32,000 nucleotides of DNA from Thermosulfurimonas dismutans (GCF_001652585.1 NZ_LWLG01000003.1:97838-129837), one strand, 5' to 3'; positions 8,551-17,116 are shown, counted from the first letter of the stretch. A program made the numbers and translations. The notes: generated by a model from the letters alone, not told the origin.

Positions 8551-9768
8551 CTAGCCCTCCCTGTGGTTCCTGTCGGTTTTTTCTCGCGGCACGGCCTTTA
8601 TCACAAGGGGGACTAGGAGGAGGGGCGGGAGCGATATCCAAAATGTGAGGAAGAAGAAGCTGGCGTAGCCCAGGTATTCGGCCCCGAAGCCCCCGAGGGC
8701 CCGCGAAAGGGTAAAGGAAAGGCTGAAAAGGGTGGAGAGTAGGGCGTACTGGCTGGCGCTCATGTCCTTACGGCAGAGGCGCATGAGGAAGGCCAGAAAG
8801 GCCGCCGTGCCAAGCCCTCCGGTGAAGCTTTCTATAATGGAGGCTCCGTAGACGGTCCAGCGGGCACTATCAGGCAGGGCGGCGTAGGCGTAGCCCAGGT
8901 TTGAGAGGGACTGGGTTAGCCCCAGCATCCATAAGGCCCGGAAGAGCCCGAGATACCGGATGAGCCCCCCTCCCACGAGGGAGCCTACGATGGTGGCGAT
9001 GCTTCCGAGGGTGCCGGAGATGAGGCCGATCTCAAGCTTCGTAAACCCCCGATCCACCCAGAAGGGATAGATCATGGAACCCATGGTGGCATCCCCGATC
9101 TTGAAAAAAAGTACGAAAAAGAGAATGGCCAGGGCATAGGGCCTCTTAAGAAAATCTTTTAATGGTAAAAGATACTGCTCAAATATATTGTAAGTCTTTT
9201 GGGTAATAGATGGCTTCTTGGTATCCGGGAGGATGAGGATGAGGCCGGCAAGGGCCAGGAAGACCACCGTTAAGGCCAGGAAGGCCGGTTTGAAGCCTAG
9301 GAAGTGGGAGAGGGCCACGAGACCGCCTCCGGAGCCGATCATGGCCACCCGGTAGGCCGAAACCCGCACCCCGTTCCCGGGGCCGAGTTCCTCTTCCGTG
9401 AGGAGTTCTATGGTGTAGCCGTCCACGGCGATGTCCAGGGTAGCCGAAGAAAGCGTGCATAAAAAAACAAAGAGGATGTAAAGTTTTCCCGCCGGAGGAA
9501 CCAGGGAAAGGAGGGCTACGGAAAGGCCAAGACCGAGAAGGGCTCCCACCATCCAGTGGTATTTCTGCCCGTAGCGGTCAACCAGCGGGGCCCAGAGGGG
9601 TTTTAGACTCCAAGAGAGTCCGGCCAGTGATAGTAGGCCGATCTCAATGAGGTTGACCCCTTCGCTTCGGAGATAGACCGGAAGGGTGACATAAACAAAC
9701 CCGAAGGGTAGCCCTTCAGCCAGATAGAGCAGGGCCACTACCATCATTTTGCGATAGAAGTCTCTCAT
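8551..9768 (-). CDS. MFS transporter, AmpG-like permease family
   Basis: 405 aa with about 12 hydrophobic segments. The N-terminal pattern LAEGLPFGF....LPVYLR..G..L..IGLLSL..L.WSLKPLWAPLVDRYG resembles AmpG/acetyl-CoA-transporter-type MFS proteins. Confidence 0.6.
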   Translation of the reverse strand: MRDFYRKMMVVALLYLAEGLPFGFVYVTLPVYLRSEGVNLIEIGLLSLAGLSWSLKPLWAPLVDRYGQKYHWMVGALLGLGLSVALLSLVPPAGKLYILFVFLCTLSSATLDIAVDGYTIELLTEEELGPGNGVRVSAYRVAMIGSGGGLVALSHFLGFKPAFLALTVVFLALAGLILILPDTKKPSITQKTYNIFEQYLLPLKDFLKRPYALAILFFVLFFKIGDATMGSMIYPFWVDRGFTKLEIGLISGTLGSIATIVGSLVGGGLIRYLGLFRALWMLGLTQSLSNLGYAYAALPDSARWTVYGASIIESFTGGLGTAAFLAFLMRLCRKDMSASQYALLSTLFSLSFTLSRALGGFGAEYLGYASFFFLTFWISLPPLLLVPLVIKAVPREKTDRNHREG

Positions 9769-10343
9769 CGCCGAAACCTCGGAAGAAAGCGGGGCGTTTT
9801 TTCTCGGTAGGCCTTATAGGTTTGACCGAAACGCTCAAGGAGCTCCCTTTCTTCAAGCGGTATGATCACGAGCTGCACCACCAAGAAATCCAAAAGGGCC
9901 ACCAGCCCCACCACCCAATAGCCCGTAAGGAGAAAAGCCCCGAGGAAGATCAGGGTGTGGGCCAGATAGGTGGGATGGCGCGAGAGGGCGAAGGGTCCCT
10001 CGGTAACCAGGAGGTCCTTGGAGGTGGTCTTGAAATGGGGAAGCCCGATAATCCTTCTTCCCAGAATGAGGGCGGTGGCTATTTGGAGCCCGAGTCCGAC
10101 CAGGAATAAGACTGCCCCTAAAAGGGCTATTAGGAGCGGGGGTTCGAAACGTCCTAGGAAGGCGTGGGCCCTTTTGGTAAACATCAGATAGGCCAGGGCC
10201 AACCAGATAGCGATGATCAGGGGGTAATAGCAAAGCCCTAGGCGTTTTCTTAGGCCGGGAAACAGGTGAAGGGGTATCCAGAAGAGGGGTATGAGAGGCC
10301 AAAAGGCCATCGTTGAGGCCGCTACAGCTTCCCAAAAGGTCAT
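9765..10343 (-). CDS. Membrane methyltransferase, isoprenylcysteine carboxyl methyltransferase / phospholipid methyltransferase family
   Basis: 192 aa and polytopic. LVTEGPFALSRHPTYLAHTLIFLGAFLL is the ICMT/PEMT-type motif. The stop overlaps the downstream MFS start by 4 nt. Confidence 0.7.
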   Translation of the reverse strand: MTFWEAVAASTMAFWPLIPLFWIPLHLFPGLRKRLGLCYYPLIIAIWLALAYLMFTKRAHAFLGRFEPPLLIALLGAVLFLVGLGLQIATALILGRRIIGLPHFKTTSKDLLVTEGPFALSRHPTYLAHTLIFLGAFLLTGYWVVGLVALLDFLVVQLVIIPLEERELLERFGQTYKAYREKTPRFLPRFRR

Positions 10344-10345
10344 AA

Positions 10346-10361
10346 CTTTAGAATTCTAAAG
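10346..10361. promoter_or_regulatory. Perfect 16-bp palindrome CTTTAGAATTCTAAAG in a divergent promoter gap (possible operator)
   Basis: Read directly from the sequence: CTTTAGAA is the reverse complement of TTCTAAAG. It lies 3 nt from the start of the minus-strand gene and about 60 nt upstream of the plus-strand gene. A TATAAA hexamer sits at 10386-10391. Confidence 0.3.
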
Positions 10362-10420
10362 ACCTTTTGGTATGAAGAAAAGTGCTATAAAATTTTAGCA
10401 AAATTTCTGGGAGCAGATGG

Positions 10421-11077
10421 ATGACCTATTTTACCTCGCGTTGGGTGACCGAGGCCTTTGAGCGCTATCGTAAGCGCAGGCCGCAGGACACCATCATGGG
10501 AAAACAGGTTATTTTTTCGGATAATCATTATCTCGCGGCCCTGCTTCACATCTATACCGGTACTTTTACTCTAGAGCGTATTGCGGAGCTTGCCGGTTTG
10601 GGTCTTGAAGAGTTGCGTTTCCAACGCTCTCAGGTGGACTTCATGAGCCTGGTAGATTATCTGCGGACCAGGTTCTCGGAATGGTTCCGGGAACATCTTC
10701 TCATGCGGGATTTCGCACTTGGGGAGTACGGACGTCTCGCCCTAGAATACCTCCATCTTGAGGAGCAGGTCCAGTCCCAGATCAAGATTCCTCTTTTGAA
10801 TCAGTTGAAGAACCTCTGCTATGAGCTCGAGGATAAGCTTGCCGGGGGAAAGCTACTTGCCCCTTATGACGAGTCTCTTTTTCGAAGGTTGTTACTTTTC
10901 TTCCTCTCCAGCGAGGCCTTGCGTCCCACCTTGAGCTCTCGCCTCGTCAATCAGGCCAAGGAGGCCGGAGAAAGGGCCTATCCCGGAGAATTCTCGCGGC
11001 TCGAGCTTCCGGAAAAGACGGGCTTTTCGGAGGGACTCTTCAAGCACCTCAAGGAGACCTTCGAGGAAAGGCTATGA
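10421..11077 (+). CDS. Hypothetical protein, predicted all-helical, with a possible HTH-like segment
   Basis: 218-aa ORF with a GGGAG RBS 7 nt upstream. Its stop overlaps the nth start in an ATGA junction. I recognise no family. The segment TLERIAELAGLGLEELRFQRS looks HTH-like. Confidence 0.6.
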   Translation: MTYFTSRWVTEAFERYRKRRPQDTIMGKQVIFSDNHYLAALLHIYTGTFTLERIAELAGLGLEELRFQRSQVDFMSLVDYLRTRFSEWFREHLLMRDFALGEYGRLALEYLHLEEQVQSQIKIPLLNQLKNLCYELEDKLAGGKLLAPYDESLFRRLLLFFLSSEALRPTLSSRLVNQAKEAGERAYPGEFSRLELPEKTGFSEGLFKHLKETFEERL

Positions 11078-11715
11078 GGGATAGAGAAAAGATTCACGAG
11101 ATCTTGAGGATTTTAAAAGAGACCTATTCTGATGCCAAGATTGCCCTACGATTTGAAAATCCCTTGCAACTTCTCGTGGCCACCATCCTTTCGGCCCAGT
11201 GTACGGACGAGCGGGTAAATCAGGTGACCTCGGAACTTTTCAAAAAATATCCCGATGTCAGGGCCTTTGCTGAGGCTGATCTGGAAGAACTGGCTCAGGA
11301 CATACGGCCCACGGGTTTCTATCAACAGAAGGCCAAATACATCAAGGAGGCCTGTCGGATCCTGGCCGAAAAATATGGCGGCGAGGTTCCTAAGAGCATG
11401 GAGGCTCTGCTTGAGCTTCCGGGAGTGGCCCGAAAGACGGCCAACATCGTGCTTGCCAACGCCTATGGCATTGTGGATGGCATTCCGGTGGACACCCACG
11501 TGAGGCGCCTGGCCCACCGGCTGGGTTTATCTCAAGAAAAGGACCCCAACAAGATAGAAAAGGACCTCATGGACCTCATCCCGAGGGAAGACTGGGCCGT
11601 TATCCCTTATGTGCTCCAGGCTCATGGTCGTAAGATCTGTACCGCCCGAAAACCTAAGTGCGAGAAATGTCCCGTTAAAGACCTCTGTCCCTCGGCCAAG
11701 GAGTACCTTGCCTGA
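11074..11715 (+). CDS. nth: Endonuclease III (DNA glycosylase/AP lyase)
   Basis: LLVATILSAQCTDERVN, the HhH-GPD region LPGVARKTANIVL and the C-terminal 4Fe-4S motif CTARKPKCEKCPVKDLC are present. Confidence 0.9.
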   Translation: MRDREKIHEILRILKETYSDAKIALRFENPLQLLVATILSAQCTDERVNQVTSELFKKYPDVRAFAEADLEELAQDIRPTGFYQQKAKYIKEACRILAEKYGGEVPKSMEALLELPGVARKTANIVLANAYGIVDGIPVDTHVRRLAHRLGLSQEKDPNKIEKDLMDLIPREDWAVIPYVLQAHGRKICTARKPKCEKCPVKDLCPSAKEYLA

Positions 11716-11731
11716 AGAGAAAGTTTTTCTT

Positions 11732-12643
11732 TTGAAAGTTGATGCCGAGGACGCCGGTAAACGTCTGGACGCCTTCCTTGCGGAAAAAATTCCTGAGCTT
11801 ACCCGTTCCCGAATAAAAAGGCTTGTGACCGAGGGTCTGATTGAGATCAAAGGGATAGGGGAGCTCAAGGCCTCCCGGAAGGTGAGAACCGGGGAGGAGA
11901 TCATGGTTAGGGTGCCTCCGCCCGAGGAGGTATCCCTTGAGCCTGAGGAGGTCCCCTTTGAGATCCTCTATGAAGACGGAGATCTTGCGGTGATCGTAAA
12001 GCCCCCGGGGGTGGTAGTGCACCCCGGGGCCGGGCACCTAAAAGGCACCCTAGTACACGGGCTTTTAAAGAGGCTTTCCGGGCTCTCCGGTGTAGGCGGG
12101 GAGCTTCGGCCCGGGATCGTGCACCGGCTGGACAAGGATACTTCCGGCCTCATGGTGGTGGCCAAAAATGACCGGGCTCACCTCAGGCTTACCGCCATGT
12201 TCAAGGGCCGGGAGGTGGAGAAATGGTATCTGGCCCTGGTCCACGGGGTGCCAGAGCCCCGGGCCGGAAGGATAAACGTGCCCATAGGACGGCATCCGGT
12301 GCATCGCAAAAAGATGATGGCCGGGGCTCTCAGGGGGCGGGAGGCCGAGACTTTTTACCGGGTGCGGGAGACCTTTCGGCGGGCGGCCCTCCTTGAGGTT
12401 CGCCCCCTCACCGGCCGCACCCATCAGATACGGGTGCATCTTTCCCATATCGGGCACCCCATCGTGGGAGATTCCCTTTACGGGGGAAGGCGTCCCCAAG
12501 GGCCGAAGGCCGAAAGACAAATGCTTCACGCCTGGCGGCTTTCCTTTGAACACCCTGTAAGCGGGGAGAAGCTTTCCTTTGAGGCTCCACCGCCTCCGGA
12601 TTTCCAAAAACTCCTTGAGGAGCTCAGGGGTTGCGAAAGATAG
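11732..12643 (+). CDS. rluD: 23S rRNA pseudouridine synthase, RluD/RluA family
   Basis: An S4-like N-terminus (RLDAFLAEKIPELTRSRIKRLV) and the catalytic motif HRLDKDTSGLMVVAK are present. The start is uncertain. I chose the TTG at 11732, just after the nth stop. The open frame extends upstream to the ATG at 11609, inside nth. Confidence 0.85.
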   Translation: MKVDAEDAGKRLDAFLAEKIPELTRSRIKRLVTEGLIEIKGIGELKASRKVRTGEEIMVRVPPPEEVSLEPEEVPFEILYEDGDLAVIVKPPGVVVHPGAGHLKGTLVHGLLKRLSGLSGVGGELRPGIVHRLDKDTSGLMVVAKNDRAHLRLTAMFKGREVEKWYLALVHGVPEPRAGRINVPIGRHPVHRKKMMAGALRGREAETFYRVRETFRRAALLEVRPLTGRTHQIRVHLSHIGHPIVGDSLYGGRRPQGPKAERQMLHAWRLSFEHPVSGEKLSFEAPPPPDFQKLLEELRGCER

Positions 12644-13230
12644 CTGTAACCGGTGGCCCAGCCACCGGAAAAACCACCTTCCTCGCGATCCTCAAGGAAC
12701 TCGGTTATCCTACCTTTTCGGCCGATGAGGTTGTAAGGAGACTTATAGCTCCGGGTGGTCCAGCCCATGAAAGGATTAGAGAACTTTGTCCGTGGGCCGT
12801 AGGACCTGAGGGCGCCCTCGATCGTCGGCTAATTTTAAGACGCCTTGTGGAGGATGTGGCCTTTCGAAGTGTGCTTGAGGATCTGCTTCATCCCCTAGTT
12901 AAAGACGAGCTTCTTGCCTTCTTCGAGGCTCACTCCGGGACGGAGTTTGTCTTTGCTGAAATCCCCCTCCTTTTTGAGGCCGGCTGGGAAGAGCTTTTTG
13001 ACGAGGTTTGGGTGGTGGCCTGTGATAAGGAAACTCAGAAAGCCAGGCTCCACCAAAGGCTATCTGACCCGGAGCTCGTGGAGAGACTTCTCGCCACTCA
13101 ACTTTCCTTATCAGAGAAGATCAAGCGGGCCGACCGAACCTTTTCGTCCGAGAAAGCTCCGGAAGTTTTGAAGCGTGAACTTCAAGAGTTGCTCTCAAGG
13201 ATGCGGAGGCCCTGCTCCGAAAGACCATGA
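12631..13230 (+). CDS. coaE: Dephospho-CoA kinase
   Basis: The N-terminus reads (L)RKIAVTGGPATGKTT (P-loop), with FSADEV and EIPLLFE motifs. 199 aa with a TTG start. Confidence 0.85.
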   Translation: MRKIAVTGGPATGKTTFLAILKELGYPTFSADEVVRRLIAPGGPAHERIRELCPWAVGPEGALDRRLILRRLVEDVAFRSVLEDLLHPLVKDELLAFFEAHSGTEFVFAEIPLLFEAGWEELFDEVWVVACDKETQKARLHQRLSDPELVERLLATQLSLSEKIKRADRTFSSEKAPEVLKRELQELLSRMRRPCSERP

Positions 13231-14312
13231 AAGAGAAAGGAATCTCCAAGGCGCCTGACCTTTAAATTTTTCAGCCAGAGGGCCTGAGAGAGCCTTTTGG
13301 GGCCCATGCCGGCTACCGCCTGTGGGGCCTCCCTTCCACCGATGACCACCGAGCCTACGAAGAAGAAGACCTCGTCCACCAGCCCTTCGTCCAAAAAACT
13401 CCCGTGAACCTCGCCCCCGCCCTCGACGAGGACCGAGAGGATGTTTTGTCTGGCGAGGACCTCAAGTAGGGATGAAAGGTCTATCCGTCCGGCCTTCTCC
13501 GGCAAACGGAAGACCTTCACTCCCAGGTCTTGGAAGACCTTCTCCTTTTCGGGATCGGCCTCTTTTCCGCAGACGATCCAGGTGGATACCTTCCGCGCAG
13601 TTTCAAAGACCTTGAAGTCCGGGGAAAGGGAAAGACGGGTGTCTAGAATGATCCTTATTGGATTCCGGCCACCTGGAATCCTACAGGTGAGCTCGGGATC
13701 ATCGGCAAGCACGGTGTTTCTCCCCACCAAGATGGCGTCGCAGATGTTCCTCAGCCGGTGACCGAAACGACGAGCCTTATCGCCGGTAATCCACTTCGAG
13801 TCTCCGGTGCGGGTGGCAATGCGACCATCAAGGCTTGCGGCCACCTTTATGATGACCCAAGGAAGGCCAGTAAGGACCTTTTTTAAAAAAAATCGGGTGA
13901 GATACCGACATTCCTTTTCAAGAATCCCGGAGCGAACCTCAAGGCCCCGGCTAAGGAGGTATTCCAGACCTCCCCGGGCCTTGGGATTAGGGTCTCTCGT
14001 GCCCGCAACCACCCGGTTTATACCCGCGGCCAGAATGGCCTCGGTGCAGGGTGGGGTACGCCCAAAATGATTGCAGGGCTCAAGAGTGACATAGAGGGTA
14101 GCCCCACGAGCCCGCTCTCCGGCGCGCCTCAAGGCTTCCACCTCGGCATGAGGTTCTCCGGCCTGGCGGTGATAGCCCCGGGCGATGATTTCTCCGCTTT
14201 TCGGATCAACCACCACCGCCCCTACCGGGGGGTTGGGGCTTGTTCTCCCAAGACCTTTCAGGCCCTCCTTTATGGCCAGCCGCATGAAACGGACGTCTTC
14301 TTTTTCCTTCAT
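13182..14312 (-). CDS. ribD: Bifunctional riboflavin biosynthesis protein RibD (pyrimidine deaminase / uracil reductase)
   Basis: The deaminase zinc motifs HAEVEAL and TLEPCNHFGRTPPC are present, and the reductase domain has LVEGGGEVHGSFL. Confidence 0.9.
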   Translation of the reverse strand: MKEKEDVRFMRLAIKEGLKGLGRTSPNPPVGAVVVDPKSGEIIARGYHRQAGEPHAEVEALRRAGERARGATLYVTLEPCNHFGRTPPCTEAILAAGINRVVAGTRDPNPKARGGLEYLLSRGLEVRSGILEKECRYLTRFFLKKVLTGLPWVIIKVAASLDGRIATRTGDSKWITGDKARRFGHRLRNICDAILVGRNTVLADDPELTCRIPGGRNPIRIILDTRLSLSPDFKVFETARKVSTWIVCGKEADPEKEKVFQDLGVKVFRLPEKAGRIDLSSLLEVLARQNILSVLVEGGGEVHGSFLDEGLVDEVFFFVGSVVIGGREAPQAVAGMGPKRLSQALWLKNLKVRRLGDSFLFHGLSEQGLRILESNS

Positions 14313-14336
14313 GGTCTTTTAGCATATAATAAAATC

Positions 14337-15683
14337 ATGCCCACCCAAAGACCCGAAATCTTGATCGTGGACGACGACCCAAGTTTTCGCGAGTTTTTGA
14401 GCCTTTTTCTTAAAAAAGAAGGCTATCAAGTGCTTGTAAGTCAGAATGGAAAGGAGGCTTTGACCATCCTTAAAAGAAAGCGGCCTCACCTTATCCTTCT
14501 AGATCTTCGTATGCCCGAGATGGAAGGCCTTGAATTTTTGGAAATCATTAGGAAACGGGGAATTGATGTTCCGGTTATTGTTATTACGGCTTACGCTTCC
14601 CTAGATTCTGCAGTCAGGGCCAAGAAAGAGGGGGCCTTCGATTACGTTCCTAAACCCTTCAAGCTCGAGACTCTGAGAAATAAGATCAATGAGGCTCTGA
14701 GGCTTCCTTCTGTGGAAGAGGCCCCTCCAAAAGAGTTCATGGGAATTGTGGGGCAGAGTCCTCCCATGAGGAGGCTTTTTGTCCTGCTTCCCAAGGTTGC
14801 CCAGGCGGAAAGCAACGTTCTTATCACCGGGGAGTCTGGGACCGGGAAGGAGCTCGTGGCCCGAGCCATCCATGAGCTTTCGCCGAGGAAAAACAAGCCG
14901 TTTTTAGTAGTAAACTGTGGCGGCATTCCGGCCTCGCTTCTCGAATCAGAACTTTTTGGTTACAAGTCCGGGGCCTTCACCGGAGCCACTAAGGACAAGC
15001 CGGGGCTCTTTGCCCTGGCCCACCAGGGAACCATCTTCCTTGACGAGATCGGAGATTTGCCTCCAGAACTCCAGGTTAAACTCCTCCGAGTGGTGGAGAA
15101 CAAGACCTTCACCCCTCTTGGAAGTACTAAAGAGGTTAAAGTAGATGTACGTATCATTTCGGCTACCAATAAAAATCTTGAGGAGGAAGTGCGAGCCGGA
15201 CGATTTCGGGAGGATCTCTATTTTCGCCTCAATGTCCTTTCCATTCATCTTCCTCCTCTTCGTGAAAGGAAGGAGGATATCCCACTTCTGGTGAACCATT
15301 TCTTGAAAAAATACGCCCGGAAGATGAAAAAAGATGTTCAAGGGATTTCGGAATACGCCCTCAAGGCCCTTATGGAATACGATTTCCCGGGAAACATTCG
15401 GGAGCTTGAGAACATTATCGAGCGTTCCGTGGCCTTGGAATCTGGACCTCTCATTCTCCCGGAAAGCCTTGATCTTTCCTTCTCTAAAAAGAGTCTCCCT
15501 GAGAGGAACTTTCCCATTCTTCCGGAAGAGGGACTTAATCTGGAGGCCTATCTGGCTTCTATAGAAAAATCATTGCTAAAGCAAGCCCTAGAGAAAACCG
15601 GCGGGAACCGGGAAGCCGCTGCTAAACTTTTGGGTCTTTCAACTAGATCATTGCGATATCGTTTGCAAAAATACGGCCTATGA
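14337..15683 (+). CDS. Sigma54-dependent response regulator (NtrC family: receiver + AAA+ + Fis-type HTH)
   Basis: From ATG 14337 the protein reads MPTQRPEILIVDDD. The acceptor region is LILLDLRMPEMEG. GESGTGKE, GAFTGA, ESELFGY and the C-terminal HTH AAKLLGLSTRSLRYRLQKYG are present. The upstream ORF-track extension overlaps ribD and is not credible. Confidence 0.9.
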   Translation: MPTQRPEILIVDDDPSFREFLSLFLKKEGYQVLVSQNGKEALTILKRKRPHLILLDLRMPEMEGLEFLEIIRKRGIDVPVIVITAYASLDSAVRAKKEGAFDYVPKPFKLETLRNKINEALRLPSVEEAPPKEFMGIVGQSPPMRRLFVLLPKVAQAESNVLITGESGTGKELVARAIHELSPRKNKPFLVVNCGGIPASLLESELFGYKSGAFTGATKDKPGLFALAHQGTIFLDEIGDLPPELQVKLLRVVENKTFTPLGSTKEVKVDVRIISATNKNLEEEVRAGRFREDLYFRLNVLSIHLPPLRERKEDIPLLVNHFLKKYARKMKKDVQGISEYALKALMEYDFPGNIRELENIIERSVALESGPLILPESLDLSFSKKSLPERNFPILPEEGLNLEAYLASIEKSLLKQALEKTGGNREAAAKLLGLSTRSLRYRLQKYGL

Positions 15684-17113
15684 TGAAATCTCTTTTTATA
15701 ATTCGTCTTGTCTTAGCCTCCTTTTTAGCTCTGTTTTTGCTGAATCTTGGTTTGAAATCCCTTATCCCAGGGTTAGCGATATACCTAATGATATGCTTTC
15801 TGGTTTGTTCTTTTTTAATGCGCATCCTTTCTGAAAATTTTCTTTTTTGGTTTAGCAAATCTTTGGATTTTGTTTTGATTTTTATTTTGCTTTATTTTAC
15901 TGGAGGCCAAGAAAGTCCTCTCTTTTTTCTTCTTTTTATGCCCGCATTAGAAACGGCTTTAACCAAAGATGTTAAAAAGACGGATAGTATAGCCCTAGTT
16001 TCTCTTCTGCTTATGGTCTATTTCTTCTTTAATAAAGGTTTTGTTTTGAGCTATAACGATTGGCTGTCTTTTTTTCTTTATGTAGGCGCCCTCGGTCTTA
16101 TAAGTTATTTAGCCCTAAAGTTGTCGGAACTGCGAGAAGAAATTACCCAAAAGGAGGACATTCAGCGTTATTTGCTTTCTTCGCTTTCGGCAGGTCTTCT
16201 GTTTTTGGATCCGAATTTGAAGGTCCTTTCATGGAATCCAAGAGCCAGAGAAATATTGGGAAAGATCGCTCGTGGTCAGTCCTTGAAGGAGATTTTAGGA
16301 CAAGATATTAGTACGGAAGTTTCGAGAGGAGAGACGAATCTGGGAAAGCGGATCCTGGGCTATTCGATCTTCCCCTTGAGGCGCGAAAAGGAAATACTGG
16401 GTTGGGGGTTCCTGTTCCAGGATATTACAGAACTTAAAAAGAAGGAAAGGCGTTTGAGAGAGGCCGAGAAGTTGGCCTCTCTAGGGACCATGGCCGCAGG
16501 CCTGATACACGAAATCAAAAATCCTTTGGCTAGTATAAGCGGTGGGGTCCAATTTTTAAAGGAAAATCTGGGATCTTCCGGGGAGTTGGGACAAGTTTTA
16601 GAGGTTATCTCCAGGGAGACCGAGAGATTGAATCGTTTGGTGACCAATTTTCTTTTCTTTGCCCGTCCCGAAAGAGGGGAAAAGGAAAGATTTAATTTGA
16701 AAGATCTACTCCGGGAGATCCTGGATACCAATCAACCATTATTTTCTCAAGTGAAAATGAAGGCTCGAGTTCCCAGTGTAGAAATAGAGGCTAATAAAGA
16801 ACAATGGCGTCAGATCCTGGAAAATCTTCTGATAAATGCCGTAGAGGCTTCGAGAGAAGTCCAAAGATCTGAGGTAGAGATAGAAGTGGAGCTCTTGGAC
16901 AGGGATTACCTCATAAAAGTAAGGGACTATGGTTCGGGAATAAAAGAAGATATTCGTTCCCGTATCTTTGAACCCTTTTTCACTACTAAACCCACCGGGA
17001 CAGGTTTGGGACTTGCGGTGGTTTACAGAATAGTGGAAAATTTAAAGGGAGAAGTGAAACTTTTTTCCAAAGAAGGGGAAGGAACCTTGTTTGAAATAAA
17101 ATTACCAAGGTAA
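15680..17113 (+). CDS. Sensor histidine kinase with an N-terminal polytopic membrane domain of about six helices
   Basis: H-box HEIKNPLASISGG, N-box ILENLLINAVEA, G1 RDYGSGI and G2 GTGLGLAV are present. The first ~150 aa are almost entirely hydrophobic. The start overlaps the regulator stop in an ATGA junction. Confidence 0.9.
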   Translation: MMKSLFIIRLVLASFLALFLLNLGLKSLIPGLAIYLMICFLVCSFLMRILSENFLFWFSKSLDFVLIFILLYFTGGQESPLFFLLFMPALETALTKDVKKTDSIALVSLLLMVYFFFNKGFVLSYNDWLSFFLYVGALGLISYLALKLSELREEITQKEDIQRYLLSSLSAGLLFLDPNLKVLSWNPRAREILGKIARGQSLKEILGQDISTEVSRGETNLGKRILGYSIFPLRREKEILGWGFLFQDITELKKKERRLREAEKLASLGTMAAGLIHEIKNPLASISGGVQFLKENLGSSGELGQVLEVISRETERLNRLVTNFLFFARPERGEKERFNLKDLLREILDTNQPLFSQVKMKARVPSVEIEANKEQWRQILENLLINAVEASREVQRSEVEIEVELLDRDYLIKVRDYGSGIKEDIRSRIFEPFFTTKPTGTGLGLAVVYRIVENLKGEVKLFSKEGEGTLFEIKLPR

Positions 17114-17116
17114 ATC

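Noticed and set aside
11609-11731. Upstream ATG (11609) for rluD, giving a 107-nt overlap with nth
   Set aside because: The extra residues (MCSRLMVVRSVPPENLSARNVPLKTSVPRPRS...) are not part of the S4 domain and are encoded in the alternative frame of a conserved nth C-terminus. A TTG at 11732, just after the nth stop, gives a typical RluD N-terminus. The start remains uncertain.
12065-12607. 180-aa minus-strand ORF inside rluD, with other antisense or alternate-frame ORFs of 120-160 aa at 7263-7742, 9853-10335, 21833-22270, 22038-22478 and 30223-30669
   Set aside because: All lie within genes that have strong family motifs on the other strand or frame. They have Pro/Gly/Arg/Ser-rich composition and lack start-site context. 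I treat them as frame artefacts.
14067-14336. N-terminal 90-aa extension of the response-regulator ORF in the track (start 14067)
   Set aside because: The extension lies entirely antisense within ribD, and its sequence is featureless. The receiver domain begins right at the ATG at 14337 (MPTQRPEILIVDDD), which is the normal N-terminus for this family.
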